64,000 bases of DNA from NCBI RefSeq assembly GCF_006345805.1, contig NC_043003.1:7874001-7938000 (forward strand), in the 5' to 3' direction. This document shows, piece after piece, positions 37,860 to 49,700 of the stretch (positions are counted from its first letter, which is position 1; each line of letters begins with the position of its first letter). A program made the position numbers and the translations under genes. Below the pieces are notes generated by a model. The model was not told the origin of the DNA. It did no database searches and saw only the letters and a program-made list of their open reading frames with translations. This DNA is from Octopus sinensis. Its lineage: Eukaryota.

Positions 37860-38662
37860 TATACTACCAGACGAAATTACAAGACTTAATAATATAATAA
37901 AGAATAACAATAATTTTTATGTTCAGTGCGCTGTTGCATACTTACGGTTTATACATTGAATCGTCAATTTTTGTTATTCATTTCGCATTATAAATTTTAA
38001 ATGTTTCCTTCGTTCTTTTATGATTTTGTATCTCTTTTTGCAGGTATTCATTTATGGTCTGGTTGTTATGTAACGAATTATAAAATTGCTTCATATTTAT
38101 TATTAATTGGAAATATACCTCATATATTCTCATTTAAATATTACATCTATATTCATATATCTTTCTCCTGTACATACGAGTATGCGTTGGCATCAGTGTG
38201 TGTACTTGTTTATTAGTCGGGTTGCATCGGTGTGTATGTATAAATAATTTTAATATACATATGTGTAGACTGTGCTAAGTGAGGGCATGTGCGTTGGTGC
38301 TTATGCATGAAAACAGGATGCTTCTACACATGATTAACTACAGGGGGTAATTTTAAAATCTGTTGGGTTTAAACACATTAAATATATGATAATAGAATGA
38401 GAGTTCCGGTAAAAATACCGATGTGGAAGTAATTTTAATTATGAATATTGCCTAGAAAGCAGTAAATATAATCCTTAAACATGGTTATTAATATTAATTT
38501 CTTTACTCATCGTCCTTCAACTAATTTGATTTTGCTCCTTTTTTTCCGAAAGTCGGTTCAACTATAACTTCCGGCAGAAACGTTATGCAATATACTTACA
38601 TGGAACATACGTACTTATATATATTATATATATATATTGATATATAATATATATATATATAA

Positions 38663-38710
<48 letters not shown>

Positions 38711-39425
38711 TGTGGGTGTGTATATATAATATATTACCATAACACATATATACACATACATACATACATACATACATACATACATACATACATACATACA
38801 TACATACATACATACATACGTACATACACACATACATACATATATTCATATCACAGCCAATTTAATGCTCTAAATTAGGTCCATTAATAACGAGCTAATA
38901 GCGCAACGTTCCATAAAGTCTGATGTAGATTATATAAATCTGATATGATCGTAAAATTATACAATACTTAGATAAATTTATTACAAATTATTATTAATTA
39001 CACACACGAAACTTCAATGTTTGCCATTTTCGTAAAACATTACGCTAATAAAATGACTTTAACATAAACACCAGCATATATAGAAATATAGTCATCAGTC
39101 AGTCATTTAATTAGCTTCATAAAAAAGTGTTAGACTGTCTATATGCAATCCAATTTTGTATTAACTCATTATAAAATTTAAACGACCACAGAATTATTAT
39201 TCTAGAATTATGACCATCATACAAGCATGTATGCATAACTATATAAACAGTGTAAAGTAGAATAATATGTACTAAAAGAACACTGTTGCCGATGTTATAA
39301 TTTAATATCCGCTAAAGTGTTATAAACTATATAAATATAGGGCAGTAATTAATCCTGAAGAAAAGCAATGTGTTTTATTTACATTATTTACATTTGACGG
39401 ATATTTGTCCATCTTGTTTATTGTT

Positions 39426-39472
39426 AACACAACGTTTCGGCTGATATACCCTCTAGCCTTCATTAGGTGTCT
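39426..39472 (-). ncRNA. Minimal type-I hammerhead motif, probably inactivated (G5A)
   Basis: GACAC-CTAATGA-A-GGCT..AGCC-GAAAC-GTT-GTGTT; stem III is the loopless palindrome AACGTT. Confidence 0.65.
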
Positions 39473-39529
39473 TGGCGAAATTTCGAACCTGAGTTCTCAT
39501 TCCTAAGGTATTTTTCGATGTTGTTGTTG

Positions 39530-39563
<34 letters not shown>

Positions 39564-40750
39564 CATTCAGTAGTTTTATTTTTATAGCGTGCTTTCACTT
39601 CACTACCGAGCGCAGCTCTGTGTGCCTTAGGTATGTGCTGTGATTTGTTGTGATGCTCTGATGGTTATTGTATGGAAAGTGTTCTGCGTAGGATGTGTGC
39701 AGTGCCTAGTAGTGCAATTTTCTGTATGTTATATGTGTTTGTAAGTCCTGGTGTTTTTGTTATGTATTTGTCTGAATATTTTTTTATCATGCCTAATGCA
39801 CCTAGTATGATAGGAATTGTTTCTGCTTTTAGATTCCACGTTCTGGTTACCTCTATTTCCAGGTCTTTGTATTTTGAAAGTTTCTCCATTTCTTTTAGAG
39901 ACACGTTGTCATCTGCCGGTATTGATACATCAATTAGAAAGCATTTTTTTCTTCATGATCTCTGACTACTATATCTGGTCTGTTGGCCTTAATTTCTCTA
40001 TCTGTGTGTATCGGCATATCCCAGAGTATGGTTGCTTTCTCGTTTTCTGTGACCTTTTCTGGTGTGTGCCTATACCATCTTTTTTTTTTTGTTTTATTCC
40101 ATAATGTTGGCATAGCTTCCAGTGTATATAGGTTCCAACTCTGTCATGTCTGTGAATATATTCTTCTTCTTCTTAGCCAGGACTGGGCAGCCAGAGATAA
40201 TATGATTTATTGTTTCTTGTCCATCTCCACATATTCTGCAGTTACTTGTTATATTTCTTTTCATTACATGTTTTTGGTAATTTCTTGTGGGCGGGGAGGC
40301 TTTGGTCTTGTGCTGCAATTAAAAATCCCCCTGTCTCTGCTTTGAGTCCTGAGCTTCTCAACCATTGCTGGGATTTTTCTTTGTCTATTTCTTTTGCGTT
40401 TAGTTTAGTCCAGTATTTACCATGAAGGGGTTTTTCTTGCCATCGCTTCATCATGGTTCGTTGCTGTTCTATTTTTAGTTTGGATTTCATTTGTTTTTAT
40501 ATATAGCTTTTGTTGTTTCTTCTTCTTCTTCTTCTTCTTCTTCTTCTTCTCTTCTTCTTCTTCTCTTCTTCTTCTTCCTTATTTATTAGTGGTATGATTT
40601 CTTGTTTGTATTTGTCAGCTTCCTTAAATCCTGAGAAGAGTTTTTTGTTTTGCTCGTGTTTTGCCGCTATTTGTATCAGTTTTCCTTTCTTCTGAAGTAG
40701 ATATTTTTGCAGTCCTATGGTGGTTATTTTATAGTAGTTTTCCAGCTGTA
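39564..40750 (-). mobile_element. R4/Dong LINE, 5'-truncated (subfamily 2)
   Basis: RWQEKPLHGKY, LRSSGLKAETGGFLIAAQDQSL, CRICGDGQETINHIISGC, and restriction-like endonuclease end KLSKYKDLEIEV..GALG..QKIALLGTAHILRRTL; (TAA)n on both sides. Confidence 0.9.
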
Positions 40751-40752
40751 TA

Positions 40753-40804
<52 letters not shown>

Positions 40805-40999
40805 TATTATTATTATTATTATGATGATGATGTTGCTACTGCCTTGCCTAATAATGGAATCGAACTTGGAATCTTGGGGTTAGTAGCCCGCGCTCTTAGC
40901 CACTACGCCACATGCCATGTGCTCGTGGCCTAATAATACGCCAGGATTGGTTTCAGGAAAACGATGTGCTGATCTAGGAATTACTAAAGAAGAGGTAGT

Positions 41000-41360
41000 C
41001 TAGCCACCAAGCAAATCTGGCACAACCATTCTGCCCAGAGAAGAAAGCGGCATTTCGCCAAGCCTACAACTTTCTGCAGCGCGAACTTCGTGAAGTTCAA
41101 AATGATTGGTGGACTAAATTCGCACGGAAAACCCAACTGTGCGCTGACACTGACATTTAGGGGCTAAGGGTTCTACGTAGCTCTCAAGCAATTTATGACC
41201 AAACACATCGTCCGGTGTCCCCTGTCAATCAGAATGGAACTAGATGAGCCTTCAAAACTAGAAGAGAGTACAGTTGCCATAGGCTGGCTGAAGAGCAGAA
41301 AGGCAGCAGGAGTCGATAGCATACCATGGAAGTATGGGGATTCTGTTCTACATGCTATGT
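41000..41360 (+). mobile_element. Decayed RTE (BovB-like) LINE fragment
   Basis: LQRELREVQNDWWTKFARKTQLCADT..GFY..AIY and LKSRKAAGVDSIP, resembling the RTE endonuclease-RT linker. Confidence 0.75.
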
Positions 41361-41459
41361 ATAGAAGCACGGGAATTTTGTCTTACAAGATAAAAACTCC
41401 ATGAGATCCTCTTTGCATGCTGGAAACAGGGCAAGCTGTTCCCAGCATAAAACGAGGGC

Positions 41460-41635
41460 AATTATACCTAAAATCTCCAAGAAGTTAAGAACATGTTGTC
41501 TCTACTTCGGCATAGAAGTTACTAAAATTATCAAGAAGACTATTCTTCTTGATAATTTAGTAATTTCTATGCTGAAGTAAAGACAACATGTTCTTTATCT
41601 ATCTCTTTAACTTCTTGGAGATTTTAGGTATAATT
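41460..41635. repeat. Palindromic element (~80 bp arms, 4-nt loop)
   Basis: AATTATACCTAAAATCTCCAAGAAGTTAA.. versus ..TTAACTTCTTGGAGATTTTAGGTATAATT; centre TCAAGAAGA-CTAT-TCTTCTTGA; short insertion in the right arm. Confidence 0.92.
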
Positions 41636-42001
41636 ATACTAATGTGTCCATCTGTTCTAATTTAATTAAATTCTATGTCTTTGTGCAGCTGAAGATTGCT
41701 TTACATTTTAAAATGATGTAACGATTGCATTGTTCAATCAAATGGAGTTGCATGAAATGATCATACTGCATTACCTCTGGATATCCTTGTTGCTTTTTTT
41801 TATTTTAATCACTTTACTTTGAAATTGTATGGATAATACCGTACTAGATTCTGGAGCGTCAACTTAAGTACCATATTCATCTGAATCTAATTTTTTGTAT
41901 ATATATATATAATAATAATAAATATTAGGGAATAAATCCAAATTTACAGGGAAAAAATCAGATTTAGGATTAAATCCAATTTTATAGTAAAATATTATAT
42001 A

Positions 42002-42260
42002 ATATTAATTCGAGACAAAACCACTATTTTGCAAAACAAACAAGGAAAGTCTTAATCAATACATAAAAATTTTAATATAAAATAAATTAAATTAAAACTT
42101 CATAAATTAAAACTGATTAGAAGATCGGAAATCCACCTGACGAATGTCATTTGAAGACATGAAACGATTGTAGTGGCGGTTTATTTATTTTATATTAAAA
42201 TTTTTATGTATTGATTAAGACTTTCCTTGTTGTTTTGCAAAATAGTGGTTTTGTCTCGAA

Positions 42261-42267
<7 letters not shown>
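42002..42267. repeat. Inverted repeat (~85 bp arms) with a hammerhead in the spacer
   Basis: ATATTAATTCGAGACAAAACCACTATTTTGC.. versus ..GCAAAATAGTGGTTTTGTCTCGAATTAATAT. Confidence 0.92.
42133..42176 (+). ncRNA. Canonical minimal type-I hammerhead ribozyme
   Basis: CCAC-CTGACGA-ATGTC-ATTTGAA-GACAT-GAAAC-GATT-GTA-GTGG: all core nucleotides canonical and all three stems paired; GUA cleavage after 42172. Confidence 0.88.
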
Positions 42268-42311
<44 letters not shown>

Positions 42312-42884
42312 TCATATATGTGTGTGTATATGTATGTATATGTATATATACGCACTCATAAAGACATGCACATATATAAATACATACAGATATAGGTATA
42401 TGTTTGTGTGTGTTTGTATCCACCCGTCCACGTATGTAGGAGCCTGATACATCCATCCCTTCTTTCCCGTAAGTGTTTTCGTCTCCATTAAACAGAGCAC
42501 GGCGTCAGATCTTATATCTACATTCTGTTCCCAGACTTGAAGTAAGAATTTTTTTTTTCTTATTAAAAACAGTTCAATAATCAACCGATTTTTTTCAAGC
42601 AGAAACGTCATCAAATAGAAAAAAAAAGCCCAGAGATTTAAACAAAATAAAACATATCTCAGACGTATTATTATTTCTGCGAATGTAGGCGGGCGCTTCT
42701 GAAAGAGATGGAAGTTCCAAGAAGCTGGATTGAAATGGAGATGAAACAGATATATGTTTGGTTAGATGAAGCAAATATTAATGATTTTGGCAGGATTCCT
42801 CGTCGCCTTCTGCTCCTCCATTTAAAAATTTAGTTACAATGTTGTCTCTGAATTGACTCCGTATGCATAGAAAAGTTTTCTAAG

Positions 42885-43083
42885 TAGTTAAATTATTTAA
42901 AAATTATTTTTAAAATCGTAGACTCATCGTTGACGCACGCTAATAGTCAGACGGGCTCGATATGAATCACGACTATAAGATACCCGAATTTGGTTAAACT
43001 GCACCGCAAAATGTGGGAGGAGTTAGGAATCTAAATCGAAGGGGACAGACACTCACACAACTAGAGTTTTATATATATAGATA
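42885..43083 (-). mobile_element. Non-autonomous Helitron 5' part
   Basis: Homologous to 37680-37859. Confidence 0.75.
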
Positions 43084-43249
43084 TATATATATATATATAT
43101 ATATATGTGCGTCTGTGTGTATATATATAAATGACGAGTTATTATTATTATTGCTATTGTTATTATTATTCATGTCACAACCTAGAATCAAATTAGGAAT
43201 CTTGGGTTCAGTGGCCCACGCTCTTAACCACTACGACATATGTCCGCAT

Positions 43250-43370
43250 ATGAAGGCTGGAGAATACATCAGCCGAAACAAACAAGATGAGGACAAATAT
43301 CGGTCAAATGTAATCAATGTAAATAACGTAAACAATGTACATAACTCCTCATCTCTCAAATATAGAACTA
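43250..43370 (+). repeat. Truncated copy of the 39360-39500 hammerhead-bearing repeat
   Basis: ATGAAGGCTG-GAGAATACAT-CAGCC-GAAAC, then a deletion; downstream AAACAAGATGAGGACAAATATCGGTCAAATGTAA matches the reverse complement of 39370-39420. Confidence 0.65.
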
Positions 43371-43788
43371 GAACTGGAGTATTAGATAGTTGAAAAGAAC
43401 AGATAGCGTGACAGCGTAGGCTACAGGTATTAAGCCTGCCGCGAACCCACGGCTCCAGGACTTCCATTAAATACTGAATAAATAGAAAATCACTACCACC
43501 ACCACTATCACCACGACCACGACCACCACAACGACCACAACCACCGCCAGCACCAGCACCTCCACGATTATCGTCATCATCATCATCATCATCGTCATCA
43601 TCAATATTATGAAACTGTATAACTGTATTGATAATAGAATGAGAATAAAATATCGATTCTGAAATTTTGAAGTTTCAATCAAGGTAACAATACGTTTTCT
43701 TTTATATAAACCATTGGAGCGTTCGGAATTTAAATAACATAATGCAAATATTGATGAAATATCTAAGCGGGGAAGGAAACACGCTGTG

Positions 43789-43853
<65 letters not shown>

Positions 43854-43908
43854 TGTATGTATATATATATGATATATATAGTATATATATATATATGCAT
43901 ATATATAG

Positions 43909-43942
<34 letters not shown>

Positions 43943-44394
43943 GTATATATTATATTATATATATTATATATATATATATGTATGTATATGTATATATGTA
44001 TGTATCGTATATATATATAAACGACACACACGTTTACATACACATACTGTAATGAATGCATTGTTTTACTGTTGTGAATAGTTGTTGTTATTGTTATTGT
44101 ATTTCATCCCGAAGATTGGAGAAACGAAGGGAAAAAAAATAAAATGAAAATGAAAATTGCAGTTGAAATTCACCTGAGTGATAATAATCTTTCCGTTATT
44201 ATGGCGCGCTATAGATTTATCATCTGCCATATTTGAAGGGCTAAAGCGTAAGGATATTAAGAGATAAATGGCGGATAGCTGCGCAGCGTGTTGCTATCGA
44301 TGTGAAAGAAAAATATGTAGTTTGGTAAGATGAAAGAATTGGATGATTAATATATATATATATATATATATATGAGTGTGTGTGTGTGGGGGGG

Positions 44395-44825
44395 GGCAGG
44401 TGTGGTAAGAAGCTTGCTTCCCAACCACATGGTTCCGGGTTCATTCTCACTGCGTGGTACCTTGGGCAAGTGCCTTCTACTATATCTTCGGGCCAACCAA
44501 AGCCTTGTGAGTGGATTTGGTAGACGGAAATCGAAAGAAACCCGTCGTATATGTAGATATGTACATATACGAAGGGTTTCTTGTAGATGTGTACATATAT
44601 GTGTGTGTGTTTGTGTGTATATGTTTGTGTGTCTATGTTTGTCTCCCCCCACCCGCCAACATCGCTTGTGTGCTTACGTCTCCGTAACCTACCGGTTCAG
44701 CAAAAGAGTCTAATTGTATAAGTACTAGGCTTACAAAGAATAAGTCCTGGGGTCGATTTGTTCGACTAAAGGCGATTTTCCAGCAAGACTGCTGTCATAT
44801 AATTGGAAAAATAAAAGAATAAAAG
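44395..44825 (+). mobile_element. CORE-type SINE
   Basis: GTGTGGTAAGAAGCTTGCTTCCCAACCACATGGTTCCGGGTTCA..GTACCTTGGGCAAGTG. Confidence 0.85.
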
Positions 44826-45118
44826 CATATACATATATATAAATATATATATATATGTATATATATAAATTGTGTATGACAGAAAAATATATAATCCTTA
44901 TGAACTCACATGACCCAGGACTCTATCTGAACTCCAGGACAGAAGCGATGGGGAGTTGTCCATATTTTCGGAAATTTTTACTTCAAATTTCGACAACCTA
45001 GCTATCAAGCGAAGGAAGACAACTCGCCCGGCCATCATTTTTTCAGAGGAATATTTCTTTAACTATCACAGGCGTTCATGTGTTTTTAAAAAGCATTCCT
45101 TGTAGAGAGCAGTTACTG

Positions 45119-45180
45119 TTTAGAGAAACTGAAGATACGTATAGTTCACGCTAGATATGAAACCAATGTTTTTTTCTAAA
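45119..45180 (+). ncRNA. Type-I hammerhead motif with degenerate stem II
   Basis: 10-bp stem I TTTAGAGAAA/TTTTTCTAAA, core CTGAAGA(45129-45135), GAAAC-CAAT-GTT; stem II only partly paired. Confidence 0.6.
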
Positions 45181-45465
45181 ACTGTTACCTTACACATTCA
45201 GAAATATATATATATATATATTACACAAATTGAGGAAATGGAGCCTGTAAAATCCAGGCTACATATGTTTCCTAACGAGCAGAACATCAGAAGTAATAAT
45301 TACTCACCGGCGAGTACTCCACTTGCTACTTACTCATTAGACAGAAGGTACGTTAGGTATAGGAAGGTTATACGTCGTCAAAGTACCCCAAGTTAACTCG
45401 CGGGAGATGTGATTTAAAGTAAGTGGCGAAGCCGGAAGGACAGGGTAAAAAAAAACAAAATTGAA

Positions 45466-45508
<43 letters not shown>

Positions 45509-45601
45509 TAAAAACGGTAAGAGAACAAAACAAAGAAAGAGACCTCAATATTATGTAAATAGAGAAGTTTATCTGTAAATTTGACAATTATTCGGTAGCC
45601 A

Positions 45602-45664
45602 AGATAAAACTCTGAGTTTCGGATGCCGAGGTGGAAATCCACACTACCATCTCTTCAGTTATCC
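45602..45664 (-). ncRNA. Minimal type-I hammerhead motif
   Basis: GGATAA-CTGAAGA-GATG..GTGG-ATTT-CCAC..CATC-C-GAAAC-TC-A-GA-GTT-TTATCT; one extra C before GAAA. Confidence 0.7.
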
Positions 45665-45715
45665 GGCCATCGGAAAAACGCTATGAAAAATCCTATAAAT
45701 ATAAAATCCTATATA

Positions 45716-45747
<32 letters not shown>

Positions 45748-46433
45748 CGAAAAAGAAATGACACAGGAAGAAGAATGGTTATGCTAACCTAATGAAGTTC
45801 ATAAATCTGTTTTTCCTGCATCTTCACTTTTTCTTATTACTCATCGAATACTTTTGTTGAAACATCGGCATTTTGTGTTCTATAACGTTATTTAACTCAC
45901 ACTATATAAATATATATACATACATATATATACGTCAAGAAATAATTGTTGTCTCGTGTTATGGAGACAAAAGAGTTTATAAAACTGTAAAAATGAAGTA
46001 CTCAAATGTAATTGAGACAGAGATAAAAATAAAAACGTTGATCAAAGAACAGACATCAACTTCGAGTCAACGACTTTATATATAACACTACGCCTCTAAA
46101 AAACATTTGATCATACATAAATATCACCATGGCCTTTCAACATATGACATATACATATGTAAAAGCACAGGAGGTAAAAATATATATGCGAATAAAAATC
46201 AGATATATAGAACGGCCTATCAACAAAGTATATACAATCGACTAAAAATTCTAAAATGTGTCATGCTGCTAAAAATCTAAATAAACTAAAATATCAATCG
46301 ACTAAAAACAATTTTCTTTCTCCTCTCAAACAAAAAAAAAAAAAATTAAGAATGTCAAAAATGTTCATTTCATAAAATGCATGGTAGGTTGGAGTCCAGG
46401 AGCAAACAGGGTTCCACAAAATCAAATGAAACA

Positions 46434-46517
46434 CATCAATGGCCATTTCGGGATTTCAATGCCGGGCTTCGATTGCAAGCTAAAGTGCATTTCAGCAATG
46501 ACCCCCTCATCAGGATG
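46434..46517 (-). ncRNA. Minimal type-I hammerhead with a large structured loop II
   Basis: CATC-CTGATGA-GGGG..(~49 nt)..TCCC-GAAA-TGGCCAT-T-GATG; stem III is the palindrome ATGGCCAT; AUU cleavage after 46438. Confidence 0.78.
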
Positions 46518-46568
46518 GATAGGAATCTCAATAGCATGCACATATTATTATTATTGTAATTATTATTG

Positions 46569-46690
46569 TTTTATTTTTTTCTTCTTTCAGATTTGCTTCT
46601 ATTTCTTGCCGTGTGTCTTCCCGACTCCTAGGGCAAAAAAGCTCATAGTATACGTTGGTAGGCAATTAAACTAAACTCAATAATTCGTTC

Positions 46691-46693
<3 letters not shown>
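46569..46693 (-). mobile_element. R4/Dong 3'UTR-only copy between (TAA)n tracts
   Basis: Diverged duplicate of 46746-46870 (CTTGCCG(T/A)GTGTCTTCCCGACTCCTAGGGCAAA). Confidence 0.8.
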
Positions 46694-46745
<52 letters not shown>

Positions 46746-46746
<1 letters not shown>

Positions 46747-49700
46747 TTACTTTTTTTTTCTTCTTCAAATTTTCTTCCATTCTTGCCGAGTGTCTTCCCG
46801 ACTCCTAGGGCAAAGAAACTCATAGTGTATATTGGTAGCCATTAAACCAAACTCAGTAGTTCGTTCATTTTTTTTTCTTTTTTTTTTTAAAGTTAAATTA
46901 AAATTAAAATACATGAGCAGCAACAGTTCTCACATCGACAATGCTCTTCTCAATACGTGTGATGTACCAGTTAAGACAATCTTTTGCACTTCTTGCAGGG
47001 TGGTAAGCCAGGGATCATTCTCATATAATTTTCGGTTCCCTCTTGATCATCCTAGTGCTCCTACGATCACTGGTATTGTAACCGCCTTGAGATGCCACAT
47101 TTTCTCAATTTCAATGAGTAGGTCTTATATTTTCTGAGCTTGTCAAACTCTTTCGCTGAGATATTATGATCACAGGGGATGCTCATGTCGATCAATAAGC
47201 AAACTTTATTGTTTTGGTCTTTCACAACAATATCTGGTTTATTGGCCTTGATGGTTCGGTCTGTATGTACTGGAAAGTCCCACAGAATGTTACATTTTCT
47301 CCTTCAGTTACAGCCTCAGGGTGGTGATTATACCACTTGTCGGCAGTTTTGATATTGTAATGCCGACTTATTAGCCAGTGGAGATATTGGCCAACTCTGT
47401 CATGTCTTAATTTATACTCCACTGGTGCTAAGACTTTACATCCAGAGATTAGGTGGTCCACTGTTTCAATCATGTCGTTGCAGAATCGGCATTTTGGGTC
47501 TGCTCCATTTTTCATCACATTGGCCTGGTAGTTCCGGGTAATAGGCTTTGGTCTTGAGCAGCCAGGATGAAACCTTCGCTCTCTGCTTTTAGCCCTGAGC
47601 TCCGCAGCACTGATGGGTTTGCTTCTGGTCAACATCAGCTTGTTTGCTGCGGGTCACATATTTGCCGTGCAGAGGTTTCTCCTCCCACCTATCAGCCAAT
47701 TGCTCTTGCGCTTTTTTCATTGCCATCATTTTCACCTTCTTTGCAACAATAGTTGCCGTACTTCCCTCGGGTTGTTCAGTTTGGGTATCCTGCACGAGAT
47801 CAATAGAAAATCTTTTGCTTTCCTTGATGATAGAATGAAGCTTCTTTCGTCTCTCGTGATTTTCCACGAGCTTTAGCATCCAGTCATTCGATATTTCGAG
47901 ATATTTGGCCAGTCCAATTGTGGTTGTTTTGTAAGCTAGTTCAAATTGGATCAGGCCTCGACCTCCTTGGGCTCTGGGAAAGTAAAGGCGATCTACGTCT
48001 GCCTTTGGGTGGTGCATCCTATTAAAACTCAGCAGCTTGCGTATTTTTCTATCTATATTCTTTACTTCACTCATATTCCAGTTCAACACATTGTAGCTAT
48101 AAGTAACAACTGGAACTGCTAAGGAATTTATAGCTAACACCTTGTTACGTGCATTTAGTTCAGATTTCAGGACTGCATGAACTCTCCTATAACATTCCTT
48201 CCTGATTTTCTCTTTCATGCTTGCATGCTGAATACCAGAGCCTTCATTTATCCCTAAATATTTGTATGTCTGTTCTTGCTCAAGCTCTCTTATGACTGTG
48301 TCAACATCTAACACGACTGAATTTGTGGTCTTCACTTTCCCTTTCTGGAAAGTGGCCTTGGCACACTTCTCCAGTCCAAACTCCATCCCGATGTCATCGC
48401 TGAATGCTTTCACGGTGCGCAATAGGCCTTCAAGTTCATTATTGTCTTTACCATAAAGTTTTAAGTCATCCATATAAAATAGATGGCTATTTTTTTATTG
48501 GCAATTTTATACCCATACCCTGTTCTGTTAATTCACTTGTAAGGGGTATTAGAGCTATGCAGAATATTAAAGGTGAAAGTGAGTCACCTTGAAAAATTCC
48601 ACAGTTGATGTTTATGTTTCTGAGGCAAGTACTCCATTAGAGTGGTATAATTGGAGATTGGTATTCCACAACGACATATTGTGCTTCAGGAAGTTTGAAA
48701 TCACAGGGGAATTTTAAAGATGTCCAGCGATCTCAAGATCCATTGATGCGGTATACTGTCGAAGGCCTTTTTATAGTCAATCCATGCGGTGCTGAGATTT
48801 CTGCGCTTGTTGTGACAGTTCTCAAGGATCATACGATTGATTAGCAGTTGATCTTTGCATCCGTAAGAGCCTCGGCGGCACCCTTTTTGTTCAATGGGGA
48901 AAATATCGTTCTTCTCCATGAATGCATATGTTTTCTCCGCCAGGATAGATGTTAGGATTTTATACGTGGTGGATAGACAGGTTATAGGCCGATAGTTTTT
49001 TGGAAGGTTGGTTTCGTTATTCTTTGGGAGTAGGTAAGTAATTCCACTTGCTAACCATTCAGGTGTTTTCTTTGGGTCTCTCATAATTCCATTGAGCAGC
49101 TGAACTAGCTTACCGTGTGCGCACGGGAGCGATGCGAGCCAGAAATTCGGCACCCTATCTTTACCGGGGATTTCCAATTATGGGCCTTCGTGAGTGCCTT
49201 TCTTAGGTCTGCTATTGTGATGTCTTCCATGCTTGTTGTTGTAAATTTTGGTAGGATCCTTCAGTTTGTATAATCCAGTCTGCATTTATGTTGTACGTCT
49301 TCTTGTCACTCCAAATCCTTTCCCAAAAGTTTTGAACTTCTTCCATGGGAGGGGGGTCTTTAACGGTTACTTTCTCCTTCCCTATTTCTCTGTAGAATTT
49401 TTTGGCATTGGATGTGAACAGCTTATTTTGCTTGTAAAACTTGTTTCTCTTCTCAAATCTTCGTATTCTTTGGGCTTTTGCTTGGACTTTTTGTTTCAGC
49501 GTTTCTTTTATTGATATCAGTTCTTCTCTTGGTGAGGATCCAAATTTTCTCTTCTCTTCTTCCTGTTCTGGATCTTACATCATTTCCACATATTAGTTCA
49601 TTTAATATTGATATTTCCCCTCTCATAAATTCAATCTCTTTTTCAATTTTACTTCTCCAGGTTTGATTTCTTCCCAGGTTTGTTTTCTTTGTTTTTTCGG

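Noticed and set aside
45248-45312. Minus-strand GAAACATATGTA half-motif with CTGATGT upstream
   Set aside because: Core A9 is altered and stem I partners do not pair in type I or type II topology.
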